A stretch of 64,000 nucleotides of DNA from a virus (taxonomy: Duplodnaviria; Caudoviricetes), in the IMG/VR virus record IMGVR_UViG_3300028591_000083, positions 143,350-207,349 of that record. The stretch is one strand, 5' to 3'. The translations under genes and the position numbers were made by a program. The notes under the pieces are model-generated. The model saw only the letters and a list, made by a program, of their open reading frames with translations. It was not told where the DNA came from and searched no databases. Below, piece by piece: positions 28,325-37,860 of the stretch. Within the stretch, counting starts at the first letter, position 1. Every line of letters begins with the position of its first letter.

Positions 28325-28411
28325 TGGTGCTGGTAGTGGGACTTGAACCCACACGCCATCTCTGACAACGGATTTTGAGTCCGTTATGTCTGCCAATTCC
28401 GTCATACCAGC
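28325..28411 (-). tRNA. trnL: tRNA-Leu(CAA)
   Basis: Class II cloverleaf, ACGGA-CTCAAAA-TCCGT, encoded CCA. Confidence 0.95.
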
Positions 28412-28422
28412 ATTTTTTAATT

Positions 28423-28494
28423 GGGCAGGAGAACTAAGACACATCTTGTTCTCCTTTTAGGAAGTTCTGTTGATTTATCAACATATCCTTGCCC
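28423..28494 (-). ncRNA. Candidate 72-nt three-way-junction RNA between tRNAs
   Basis: Closing gggca/tgccc stem, ggagaac/gttctcc and tgttgat/atcaaca hairpins. Confidence 0.4.
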
Positions 28495-28497
28495 GTT

Positions 28498-28589
28498 TGG
28501 TGGATCTTCTGGGACTCGAACCCAGACAAAGCCTTGTAAGGGTCTACGCTTTATAAGAACGTGGCTTTCACCGATTAAGCTAAAGATCC
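28498..28589 (-). tRNA. trnI: tRNA-Ile(TAT) with a long variable arm
   Basis: GGATCTT/AAGATCC acceptor, ACGTT-CTTATAA-AGCGT, 20-nt variable arm, CCA. Confidence 0.85.
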
Positions 28590-28634
28590 ATATTATTTAA
28601 GTTTTTATATGATTGACATATAGATTTTTGCAAA

Positions 28635-29030
28635 TTAGTCTATTCGACTGTTTAACCAAACTCTCAAAATCTCACCTGCTGTAAACTCAGGATTCAAATT
28701 CAACTGCTTCAACACAGATCGAACAAATTTAGCATCAAGTTTATCATCACATCCTTTTATGATGTCCCATTCACAAACCTCTAAGGCTTCTGAAAATTCT
28801 TTGTGCTCTTTTATCCACTCTTTAATCTGTCTTTTCTTTTCTGCTTTTTCCTTGTCCTTTGACTTATCTCTATTTTTATACGCGAATGCGGAATATGCTT
28901 TCTGTGCGGTTTTATACCCGTATCCTTGAGCATCATCCAATACCTCACCAGTATTTTCGTCAATTATTACAAATCTATCTGAATACTTTGAGGATAATTT
29001 ATCAATATTAATTGCTTTTATACCCCTCAT
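28635..29030 (-). CDS. Conserved hypothetical protein (LDDAQGYGYKT motif)
   Basis: TGEVLDDAQGYGYKTAQKAY. Confidence 0.65.
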   Translation of the reverse strand: MRGIKAINIDKLSSKYSDRFVIIDENTGEVLDDAQGYGYKTAQKAYSAFAYKNRDKSKDKEKAEKKRQIKEWIKEHKEFSEALEVCEWDIIKGCDDKLDAKFVRSVLKQLNLNPEFTAGEILRVWLNSRID

Positions 29031-29060
29031 AGCAATTCTCCAATCATGTCTTACAATACA

Positions 29061-29507
29061 TCACATAAGTAATGTCAATTCACTAATAACATCTTTTCTG
29101 GTTACTCTACCAACAGAAGAAAGTCTTTCAGAAAGCCATTTGAAATATTGAGAACAAACATAATCTAACTGTTTAGAAATATTGTAAACATTAAAATTAT
29201 TTTCAATATTTTCCTTGTCGCAAACATCTTCTATAAGAACGGACATCCAATTCACATCTGAAATACAGTCCTGAATTTTTCCGTATGTCCAATCATATAT
29301 TTGTTTCTGTGTTGGATATTTATTTGTTGACAATAACTTCTTTACAGAAGAAATGAATGAATATATTTCTGTTTGCCAATGAGAAGCACAGTCGCTTTCA
29401 GGAGCAAGAATCAGATATAGAATATGTTCTATCACGATATCTGTTCTGTTTGTAAGATATCTTTCGATTTCTTTTTTACTATCTGCAAATTCTAACAATT
29501 CAATCAT
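29061..29507 (-). CDS. DUF29-like protein, paralog 4 (inside the tRNA cluster)
   Basis: EHIL...SHWQTEIYSFI; start MIELLEFA. Confidence 0.65.
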   Translation of the reverse strand: MIELLEFADSKKEIERYLTNRTDIVIEHILYLILAPESDCASHWQTEIYSFISSVKKLLSTNKYPTQKQIYDWTYGKIQDCISDVNWMSVLIEDVCDKENIENNFNVYNISKQLDYVCSQYFKWLSERLSSVGRVTRKDVISELTLLM

Positions 29508-29539
29508 ATTAATCACATCCAATCTTCAATATATTTTAT

Positions 29540-29615
29540 TGGTGGCTAGACCTTGAGTTGAACAAGGTTCTTACGATTTTCAGTCGTAGGCACTGACCGC
29601 ATATACCATCTAGCC
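29540..29615 (-). tRNA. trnF: tRNA-Phe(GAA)
   Basis: TACGA-CTGAAAA-TCGTA, CCA encoded. Confidence 0.88.
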
Positions 29616-29619
29616 ACAA

Positions 29620-29693
29620 TCGGAATGACAGGACTTGAACCTGCGACTTCATGGTCCCAAACCATGCGCTCTACCAAACTGAGTTACATTCCG
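29620..29693 (-). tRNA. trnP: tRNA-Pro(TGG)
   Basis: CATGG-TTTGGGA-CCATG. Confidence 0.95.
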
Positions 29694-29702
29694 TTATTTT
29701 GA

Positions 29703-29773
29703 TTGCCTATGGTTGAGTCGAACAACCGATGCCTGTGTCAAAGACAGGTGCCTTTCCGCTTGGCTAATAGGCA
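29703..29773 (-). tRNA. trnQ: tRNA-Gln(TTG)
   Basis: CCTGT-CTTTGAC-ACAGG. Confidence 0.92.
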
Positions 29774-29934
29774 GTATTGAAAAGAATGTGCTACTAAAAC
29801 AGGATAATGGCGAACCTGAAACCTCGCACAATAATTAGGTTTTTTACCAAAAGGAGGTGTGCTGAGAAAAATGAAAATAATTGACCCAAGTGGGTACGAA
29901 AGGAAATATTAGGAATTATTCATTCCATGAATAT

Positions 29935-29963
29935 AGTATAGCATAATTTAGTTTATTTGTCAA
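29935..29963 (-). promoter_or_regulatory. sigmaA promoter of the tRNA cluster
   Basis: TTGACA-17-TATACT with TG. Confidence 0.8.
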
Positions 29964-29987
29964 GTGAATTTGAATAAATTTTTCATT

Positions 29988-30557
29988 TTAATTAAAGCCA
30001 ATAGAGAGTGTGTCCATTTTAATGCATTCATCTTCTGACAAACAAGTTACAATCTTCAAAGCTGTTTCTTTTGAAATATTTGCAACTGCAATTCTTCCAT
30101 TTACAATAATTGAACAAGTATTTGATTTCTTACTTTCAATTTCTTTATCGTTTGTTTTCTTTGCAATCTTAGGTTCAACAGTTTCTTTGAAATCTGTGCC
30201 GATAGGAGTATTGAATGCAGATGCCCATACTCCTGTAGGAACTGAAGTTGTACCTTCAATAAATCCTTCTTTTACATCTTCTGTCTTTTCAACTGCAACT
30301 TCTTTATTTTCTGTCAAATCAATGTGAAATGCTTCGAGAAGTTCAGGTGCAAACTTGTTCTTATGTTCTGTCATATACTCAATGAGATGTCTTCGCGTTA
30401 CTCTAAATCTCCTTCTCCCGTTTTCACTTAGTTTGTCCTGCTTAACTGCTTTCAGATCACCTTTGTTTACAAGTCGGAGGACTGTGCAATAAGCACATCC
30501 AATCATTTGTGCGATCTCATTCAATGAGTATCCTCGCTTCTTTGTGTTGTACGCCAT
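29988..30557 (-). CDS. HTH_17 / excisionase-like DNA-binding protein
   Basis: YSLNEIAQMIGCAYCTVLRLVNKGDLKA...FRVTRRHL. Confidence 0.7.
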   Translation of the reverse strand: MAYNTKKRGYSLNEIAQMIGCAYCTVLRLVNKGDLKAVKQDKLSENGRRRFRVTRRHLIEYMTEHKNKFAPELLEAFHIDLTENKEVAVEKTEDVKEGFIEGTTSVPTGVWASAFNTPIGTDFKETVEPKIAKKTNDKEIESKKSNTCSIIVNGRIAVANISKETALKIVTCLSEDECIKMDTLSIGFN

Positions 30558-30632
30558 AGTTTCTTCTCCTTTTTAGTTTTATTGGTTTGTTGTTTTCATG
30601 TGCGGTACTGTCCGTATCGCTTTTGTAAATAT

Positions 30633-30661
30633 AGTATAACACATAATCCGTCATTTGTCAA
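30633..30661 (-). promoter_or_regulatory. Strong sigmaA promoter
   Basis: TTGACA-17-TATACT with TG. Confidence 0.82.
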
Positions 30662-30864
30662 GCATTTTCTCACAAAAAATACTTACAAATAACGGATTGC
30701 TACAATATTCTATTTTGTGCAATTATTACAAGTGTAATGGCTACCGTCAATAAATAATTGACATTCATTGCTTACGACAACACCTCATATTACAGTCTCA
30801 AAACCGCAAAAACGTAAACCTGACTGATTTTGGTTTAGTTAGAAATGAGGAACTTGAGAAGAAA

Positions 30865-31473
30865 TCAATTTAGATGTTCATTTTCGACAACGTAAGTTGA
30901 CATCATGTCTGCCATGTGAAGTGCAAATGCTAAAGTATTATTATTAAATGCATTTCCCATATCATAATTAGAATTGTACGGCGAAATATCAAAAGCTCCC
31001 ATGTGCCAATGAATTGCTTGCTTTTCTTCTTCTGTCAACATGATAAAATCTTGTAGCTTATATACAGATGCAGAAGCGTGTCCTAATCTAAGCTGATTTG
31101 GATTATATTCAAATACTTCAATTTGCTCCCACTCTCCGGTATCCTTATTTTTCACATTCTTTGTTGCCTTTACGTACTTATCAATTTTACAAAGATCATG
31201 AAACAAAGAAACGATTACAAGTGTTTCTTCTGAATATTTATCAGGATCATTCGGAAAGATGTACTTTATCATGTCCTTCAATGTATAATATACATTGATA
31301 CTATGTTCAACAAGACCACCCTCATAAGCACCGTGATATTTTGTACTTGCCGGACAAGTATAGAATCCGTTATCGTCAAGATAATCCATGAGATCACAAA
31401 TTCCATCCCTGTGAATAGTATTACATACAATATCAATAAACTCTTTGCGCTGAGATTCTACATTGCAACCCAT
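30865..31473 (-). CDS. HD-domain phosphohydrolase (YhaM-like HD)
   Basis: PASTKYHGAYEGGLVEHS, FHDLCKI, WHMG, HMAD. Confidence 0.85.
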   Translation of the reverse strand: MGCNVESQRKEFIDIVCNTIHRDGICDLMDYLDDNGFYTCPASTKYHGAYEGGLVEHSINVYYTLKDMIKYIFPNDPDKYSEETLVIVSLFHDLCKIDKYVKATKNVKNKDTGEWEQIEVFEYNPNQLRLGHASASVYKLQDFIMLTEEEKQAIHWHMGAFDISPYNSNYDMGNAFNNNTLAFALHMADMMSTYVVENEHLN

Positions 31474-31484
31474 ATTAATTCTCC

Positions 31485-33533
31485 TTATAAAAAGATTACA
31501 CACTTATTTTTTGCTCGTGTTATACCAACATAAAATACCTTATACTCATCTTTATCCTTTGTTGGTTTTATTGGGAATTTACCATACAAAGCAATATTGT
31601 CATCTTCAAGACCCTTTGATTTGTGAACTGTCATTATCTTGATTTTATTCTCTGCCATGATTTTATTTTTCTGATCTTCTGATTCAGGCGCATTCATTAC
31701 AGAATAAAACTTAACTCCGAGCTTCTTCAATCTGGCACCGAGTTCATACAGCTCTTTATTCGTTCTTGTAAGAAACATCCAACTCTCATTTTTATCTAAA
31801 GAATTTACGAACGATTCAAGCTGTGTTTTTGAATTGAACTTTACCTCTCCAACAGTTTCATTCTTGCAAACACAATCTTTTTTAATAATATCATCTGCTT
31901 GCGCAATGATCATGTTTGCATAATTCATAATCTGTTGTGCTGTTCTATAGTTTTCAGTGAGATAAAATTCTTTCCATTCAGGATCTTTCATCAATGACAA
32001 GAAGATTCCAACATCTCCGCCTTTGAACGCATAAATACTGTTGTGTGTTGCAAATCCATCAGAAACATAAGTACCTGTATTTTGAACCTCAATACAATAA
32101 ACCTCTTGTGTTTTTCTCTCTAAGCAAACATCTGTAATTTCATGATATACAATTCCCTTGTATTCGTTGTTGTATGTTGGAACTACATAGATTAAAGACA
32201 TGATTTCTGGAATAAGATTGCAAGCTCTAACCTCAATAACATTATCTGAGAACATTGGTGTATGCTTAGATAGTAATGGGAAGTTGATATCTTTTCCATA
32301 AGCTGAGAGCAATGTTTCTACTCTTGCTCTGATGTCGTTACATCTTGATTCTTCTGTATATACTCCCGGTACTGCAAGTGGAATGCCATAACTGTATGCA
32401 CAAAGCTGCGCCGAATCAACACAATCACTATTGTGATTATACTTAGCAAGAATCCAGATATCTGTAATCTCGCCATGACCACAAGTGAATAAATACTCAT
32501 TTAATTTTATTCTGAAATATGCAGAACCTATAAAATATTCACCTGTTGTTGTTCTACACAAGAATAAAACGCTGATCGTTGATTCATCTGATACGCAGTT
32601 AAGTCTCGCAAAACATCTATGATTTGGAGTATACTCAGGCATACCAACCTCTGTTACAGCTCTTACAATAGAATCGGTTACAGATGTTTGAGTAGAACTT
32701 ACCATATTAAAAGATAGCTCTTGTGTTCTTGGATCATATGATTTAACATAATCTCCAATTACAATATCCTCTATCTTCTTTTCTCCGCTTTCTGTATCAA
32801 CAATAGTTCCGGCAGGTTGACATTGATAATCGTCACCAATCCAGAAATTATGTCTCGCTCCTAACTTCTTTAAGAATTTATATTCTAACCATCCAATATC
32901 CTGAAGCTCATCTACAAACAAGTATTCAAGAATAACTCCGGATTCTTCAAAATACTTAGTGCTTAGTTTTAGAAGTTCATCAAATGAAATAATGTGATTC
33001 ATCTCACAGAGCGTTTTAACTGTTTCTGTATAATTATAATTAGATTCTTCACCAAGAAGATATCTAATCTCTTTATATACTTTCGGATCTGTGAACTTAT
33101 ATGGCAGTTCAGATTCAGAAAGAAGCCCTCTATTCACAAGTTTGCGCAATCTTAAAAAGATAACATAATCATCCATCGTGCAATATCTGGCGTAACTTGG
33201 AATCAATGACTTCATGAACTCATTTTGATGAAGCTCTGAAAAGATATCATATTCAAATCCTGTTTTCTTCAACAATTTATTTGCATAAGAGTGTATTGTT
33301 CCAATGAAACATTTGTTTGATTTTGGAACATCTTTCAGTCGTTTCTTCAATTCATCGGCTGCAAGATTTGTAAATGTAATAACAACCACTGATTTCGGTT
33401 CAACACCGGAAATGAGAACCTGACGAACTTTCTCCGTCAGTGTTCTCGTTTTTCCTGCTCCGGAACCAGCATCCACTATGATATTTCGTTCTTTACAATC
33501 TACAATCTGTTTTTGTTGCTTGCTAAGTTCCAC
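31485..33533 (-). CDS. UvrD/PcrA-like SF1 helicase with intein
   Basis: AGSGAGKT, VDELQD, GDDYQ|SIYAF, TVHKSKGLE, YVGITRAK. Confidence 0.9.
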   Translation of the reverse strand: MELSKQQKQIVDCKERNIIVDAGSGAGKTRTLTEKVRQVLISGVEPKSVVVITFTNLAADELKKRLKDVPKSNKCFIGTIHSYANKLLKKTGFEYDIFSELHQNEFMKSLIPSYARYCTMDDYVIFLRLRKLVNRGLLSESELPYKFTDPKVYKEIRYLLGEESNYNYTETVKTLCEMNHIISFDELLKLSTKYFEESGVILEYLFVDELQDIGWLEYKFLKKLGARHNFWIGDDYQCQPAGTIVDTESGEKKIEDIVIGDYVKSYDPRTQELSFNMVSSTQTSVTDSIVRAVTEVGMPEYTPNHRCFARLNCVSDESTISVLFLCRTTTGEYFIGSAYFRIKLNEYLFTCGHGEITDIWILAKYNHNSDCVDSAQLCAYSYGIPLAVPGVYTEESRCNDIRARVETLLSAYGKDINFPLLSKHTPMFSDNVIEVRACNLIPEIMSLIYVVPTYNNEYKGIVYHEITDVCLERKTQEVYCIEVQNTGTYVSDGFATHNSIYAFKGGDVGIFLSLMKDPEWKEFYLTENYRTAQQIMNYANMIIAQADDIIKKDCVCKNETVGEVKFNSKTQLESFVNSLDKNESWMFLTRTNKELYELGARLKKLGVKFYSVMNAPESEDQKNKIMAENKIKIMTVHKSKGLEDDNIALYGKFPIKPTKDKDEYKVFYVGITRAKNKCVIFL
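32040..32822 (-). mobile_element. 261-aa class 1 intein in helicase motif III
   Basis: Cys1 (CQPAGT), TPNH block B, ends FATHN|S. Confidence 0.88.
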
Positions 33534-33544
33534 AATAGCACCTC

Positions 33545-34702
33545 TTATCTATCGTAAATAAATCTATCTACATACTTCTTAATCATGTCAAGAATATCCT
33601 TGTTTTCTTCTTTTTCAAGGAATGGAATCAATTTTGCCTGACCTTGAACCTTTATCTCAGACAAATTACCATCCTCGTCTGTATTGCAAAGAACTTCACC
33701 AGTATCCTTATCAATAAATGTAAACCAAGCTCCGGATTGATGAATAACATCTGTTGAAATAGCAATATCAATGATATCGTTCAACGGCAAGATACCTTTA
33801 TCATAAGTAAGTGTATAGAATCCTAGCTTTCTGTTTGGTTTACATACCTTTGTTTTTAGAACATGAATCTGTACCTTATGTCCATAAGGACTTTCTGCTT
33901 TCTTAGCTAGATCCTTAAACGATTCATCAAACGGTGTTCCCTGTCTGAATTGAAGTCTTACAGAGCATGAGTGTTTCCAGCATCTACCGCCGGGCGTTAC
34001 CGTTGTTGGTCCACCATATCCTGCGTTTAAGTTATCACGAACTTGATTTATTCCGATCAAAGCACAGTTAGTCTTAGCACAAACTGTCTCGATCTTCTTT
34101 GAAAACTTAGTAAGTGCTCTTGAAATTCCACCATATGTTGAATCTTCAATAGTCTTTTCCATTTCCTGCTGAGACACCATAGCACCAAGACTATCAATAA
34201 TACAAAGACCAATAGATCCTGTATCAATAAGCTGTGATATCATTTCAAAAATTTCTTCTGCGCTTTGAGAATCAGGAGACATGAACAATGCTTTTGAAGA
34301 ATCGAATCCTAGTGTTTGCGCCCATTCTTCATCAAATGTATTTTCACAGTCTACCCAAAATACCTTTAACGGACCTCTTTCTCTCAATTCAAGAAGTGTT
34401 GCTGATTGTTCCTTTGTCAACTTATCAGCATTCTCATAGGCTTCAATCTTTGATTTCCAATCCTCTTCAAACATCTTCTGAGCATTTGCTGCAATATCAA
34501 TCGCTGTTGTCGTTTTTCCAGAACCTTCCTCACCCGAAAATTCTGCAATTCTTCCAAGAGGAATTCCACCATAAAGCATATAATTCGCTCTTGGACTACT
34601 AAATGGGATTCTTTGACAATTATGAACGGTTGTTCCTACTGAGAACAAGTCTGATTTATACTTTTTATTAAAATCTTTTAATAGTGTTTCAATCTTATTC
34701 AC
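33545..34702 (-). CDS. recA: RecA recombinase
   Basis: GGIPLGRI, GEEGSGKTT, IIDSLGA, INQVR, TPGG. Confidence 0.93.
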   Translation of the reverse strand: MNKIETLLKDFNKKYKSDLFSVGTTVHNCQRIPFSSPRANYMLYGGIPLGRIAEFSGEEGSGKTTTAIDIAANAQKMFEEDWKSKIEAYENADKLTKEQSATLLELRERGPLKVFWVDCENTFDEEWAQTLGFDSSKALFMSPDSQSAEEIFEMISQLIDTGSIGLCIIDSLGAMVSQQEMEKTIEDSTYGGISRALTKFSKKIETVCAKTNCALIGINQVRDNLNAGYGGPTTVTPGGRCWKHSCSVRLQFRQGTPFDESFKDLAKKAESPYGHKVQIHVLKTKVCKPNRKLGFYTLTYDKGILPLNDIIDIAISTDVIHQSGAWFTFIDKDTGEVLCNTDEDGNLSEIKVQGQAKLIPFLEKEENKDILDMIKKYVDRFIYDR

Positions 34703-35220
34703 TGAAACTCACTCCTATCTTTATTCGGTGCAGAACGCTCCATCTCAAATGATTGCATTCTCCTTGTCATGATCTTCTTAGCCGACTGCAAAAGTTCAAT
34801 AGCAATCGTTACTTTTTGTTTAATAACATCATACGCTTTATTATATACAATAGAAATAAGAATTTCATCTGCTAACTTATTTTCTGCGTATGCTTTTCTG
34901 ATAGGTCCTGCTCCGTCAGCTTCCATATAGAAATCATTGAACTGAGTTTTGAATGCCGTTTCAGCAATATCACTTCTGATTCCAATGTGTTCCTGTGCGT
35001 CACCGACATAATAAAGTAATGCCGGAAGTGTCATGATGATATCATCTAATTCTGCATCGGTGACTTCATAAGAATTGTCAGCAATAATATCGGACACATA
35101 TTTTACATATTTATCTAACTTATCACAACAATCTGAAACAATAGAACCTACGATGCTTTCAATATACGTTGCATCTTCTTCTGTCTGTTTCTTTAAGAAT
35201 TCTAACTTATACTTATTCAT
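34699..35220 (-). CDS. Helical protein, possible recombination mediator
   Basis: Coiled-coil protein between recU and recA; function inferred from position. Confidence 0.4.
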   Translation of the reverse strand: MNKYKLEFLKKQTEEDATYIESIVGSIVSDCCDKLDKYVKYVSDIIADNSYEVTDAELDDIIMTLPALLYYVGDAQEHIGIRSDIAETAFKTQFNDFYMEADGAGPIRKAYAENKLADEILISIVYNKAYDVIKQKVTIAIELLQSAKKIMTRRMQSFEMERSAPNKDRSEFQ

Positions 35221-35735
35221 TTACTATTCACCTCGCCCCACATCAAGTCCGATTCTTTATGAAGATTTGATAAAGCCATATCTCCAAAGTAATCAAACAA
35301 AACCTTCTTTTTTCTTCCATCTAAAATAAAGTGTCTAACACTGTTCTCACCAGTAATATCAGAAATATTCAGCGATTTTGCACCAGATTTTCTATGTTCC
35401 CATAAGTCTTTGATATTTACAAAAACTGTAAGATCATAATCAATAAACCAAACACAAACACCTGCTACACATCTATATAACTTACTCTTTTCGTACATAC
35501 CTTCCCACTGATTCTTTGTTATTGCTCCGGCATAGTTTAGAGTATTTCCATATAAACACTTGCACTCTAAATAAAACATATCAGGAGAACTAAACATAGA
35601 GAAGTCACAAATATTTCTTACACCTGAATATCCTGCCATCGGGTCAGGAAGCCTATCAAACGAAACATTCTTTAACTTTTCAAATGCTTTTCTGATAGCT
35701 CCTTCAAAATCCTTACCTCTGTTTACAGCTCTCAT
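35217..35735 (-). CDS. recU: RecU-like Holliday junction resolvase
   Basis: NRGKDFE, CDF, LECK, NQ. Confidence 0.75.
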   Translation of the reverse strand: MRAVNRGKDFEGAIRKAFEKLKNVSFDRLPDPMAGYSGVRNICDFSMFSSPDMFYLECKCLYGNTLNYAGAITKNQWEGMYEKSKLYRCVAGVCVWFIDYDLTVFVNIKDLWEHRKSGAKSLNISDITGENSVRHFILDGRKKKVLFDYFGDMALSNLHKESDLMWGEVNSK

Positions 35736-36694
35736 GATTTATCCACCTTACACTGTGTTCTGTATTCACAATATTGACATACTTTTGGATTTACTTCATT
35801 CTTAGGTGGAACAATCTTATTTTTTACATAAGATTCACAACAATCAATTCTGTTCTCAATGTATCGCTTATTCTCATCCGTGACATGAAGAATATAGCTT
35901 TTCTTCGTACATAGATCACGATTTTCATATAAGAACAATACATCTTCAATTCCGAATTCAAGCGCATACGTATACGCTTGATGTCTGTGAACATCCGCAA
36001 TATATTGTCGTTCACCAAATTTGTATGAAGATTCTGTCTTACACTCAAAGACATACATTTTTCCACGGTATTTTAATAGTCCATCACACAGAAATACAAG
36101 ATTCAGATTAGGATCAAATACCTTTGTTTCAAATTCTTCTTTTTCAAGAACTTCAAGCGGAAGATTGTTTTCTTTGATGTATGTTTCAACATCAATGTAT
36201 TCACAATCAACTCCGTACTCTTTCATTTGACACAAAACATTCTGGATTCTTTTATGTCTGTCTGTTCCTGACTCGCAGATACCATAAAATTCACTTGTTT
36301 TGTCTGACTGCTTATCTAAATTTGCACCAATGATTTGATAATACATTTGTCGTGTGCAGTTCATTGATGACGGCTTATAATGCTGTGACGGCTTACCGTC
36401 ATAATATTCAACAATGTAATATTCCTGATCGTTGGTATGATATACAACTCCTGTTTTAGAATACAGCATTGATTCATCACAGGTTTCCGGCAGTACATCT
36501 AGGCATACAACATTTACTTGTTTTCCTGAGTTGTTTATACTAGATAACTCAATCTTCTTAAAAAAACATTTTGCTGTACGCTCGTTCATTTTTCGTAACG
36601 TATAGTCAAAATCTCGCAAAAAGGATACCTCGATTGGGGTATCCTTTTCACTTACCATTCGACTAATGTTAAATAACGACTTAGCCTTTGGCAT
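35732..36694 (-). CDS. Cas4-like PD-(D/E)XK exonuclease with Fe-S cysteines
   Basis: PSSMNC.R, GT..H, CDG, ECKT, Q...Y, CQYCEYRTQC. Confidence 0.8.
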   Translation of the reverse strand: MPKAKSLFNISRMVSEKDTPIEVSFLRDFDYTLRKMNERTAKCFFKKIELSSINNSGKQVNVVCLDVLPETCDESMLYSKTGVVYHTNDQEYYIVEYYDGKPSQHYKPSSMNCTRQMYYQIIGANLDKQSDKTSEFYGICESGTDRHKRIQNVLCQMKEYGVDCEYIDVETYIKENNLPLEVLEKEEFETKVFDPNLNLVFLCDGLLKYRGKMYVFECKTESSYKFGERQYIADVHRHQAYTYALEFGIEDVLFLYENRDLCTKKSYILHVTDENKRYIENRIDCCESYVKNKIVPPKNEVNPKVCQYCEYRTQCKVDKS

Positions 36695-36705
36695 AAATAT
36701 TCTCC

Positions 36706-37821
36706 TTATTCATCTTCATCATCAAATCTTGGATCATTCAAAAGTCCAATGACCTGTGTAATACTTCCGTCTTTTACTGTGATAGTTGACGGATTTCCAT
36801 AGTAAATATGAACAGATTCACCAGAACGTGCAACCAACTGCTTTCTGATTGCATTCGTATCAATGCAGCAAGTATAATCCTTGAAATTATTACTACCCTG
36901 ATACGAAATAGTCTCAATAGCATCAGAATTCATTGATTCAAGTTTAACACCATCTTTTGTGAAAGTCATGTAAATTCCGTCAAGCTCAGATGGTCTTTTA
37001 TCCTTCTTATCAATGAACAGAGACAGTCTATCTACCGCACTGATAATATGAGATTTTGGAAGAACACAGTCTGAAGGATATTCGGCAGAACAGTAATCCT
37101 TAATTCTGTCAACAGGATATGCACCATCATCACTAACTGTTACAGAGAACAACTTTACGGTATCTGTTTCAAACAGAATGTTATTCTCATACATCTTAAC
37201 ATAGATTTCTTCTTCGTTTACCATACTGAGAAGATCGAATACAGATGGAGCAATCAATGTTCTAGTTCCGAAAGTCTCAACATCGTTTTCACAGATATTG
37301 TATTCATCACCGGAAATAACACAATCATCGGCACACATATATCGTGTGAGATACGGCTTCTCCAAAGATGTGGAAAGACAAGGCTTATTGTATTTAACAA
37401 TACTCTTGATAACAGCGGTCTTGATTGTGCATTCATTATCAGGACTATTGATCTCATGTTCCGGATACTGAATTTCAGAACCATCAACATCAACCTGAAT
37501 CGGAATCTTATATGTTCCGTTACCGATAATTGAAATAGAATCAGATGTAAGAGAAATCCTTACTGATTCAGAAGTTGTTTTTGAAACCAGTTTACTGAAC
37601 CTGTCAACGTCCACAGTGAAGGACATATTATCGCCTGAAACATCATTTTTTCTCACAGTCCAATAATTATCTCCGTCTGTTGTTGTAAGACTGAGAACAT
37701 TGTCTTTCAGCTCAACGTGCATAAAACAAGTAATCACGCTATAAGGCAGATTTCCTGCGCCTTTTACTGAGCGTGAAACAAGATTTTGTAGTTCTTTAAT
37801 ATTGATAACAAACTGACTCAT
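36706..37821 (-). CDS. dnaN: Beta sliding clamp
   Basis: 371 aa, three-domain pattern (LSLTTTDG, SGDEYNI, AYP..., AVDRLSLF). Confidence 0.78.
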   Translation of the reverse strand: MSQFVINIKELQNLVSRSVKGAGNLPYSVITCFMHVELKDNVLSLTTTDGDNYWTVRKNDVSGDNMSFTVDVDRFSKLVSKTTSESVRISLTSDSISIIGNGTYKIPIQVDVDGSEIQYPEHEINSPDNECTIKTAVIKSIVKYNKPCLSTSLEKPYLTRYMCADDCVISGDEYNICENDVETFGTRTLIAPSVFDLLSMVNEEEIYVKMYENNILFETDTVKLFSVTVSDDGAYPVDRIKDYCSAEYPSDCVLPKSHIISAVDRLSLFIDKKDKRPSELDGIYMTFTKDGVKLESMNSDAIETISYQGSNNFKDYTCCIDTNAIRKQLVARSGESVHIYYGNPSTITVKDGSITQVIGLLNDPRFDDEDE

Positions 37822-37860
37822 GGTGTATTATACCTCCATAAAACCAAACTTCATATTTAC

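Noticed and set aside
35732-36694. CRISPR-Cas system suggested by the Cas4-like gene
   Set aside because: No repeat-spacer array or other cas genes seen; the gene sits in a recombination operon, as is usual for phage exonucleases.
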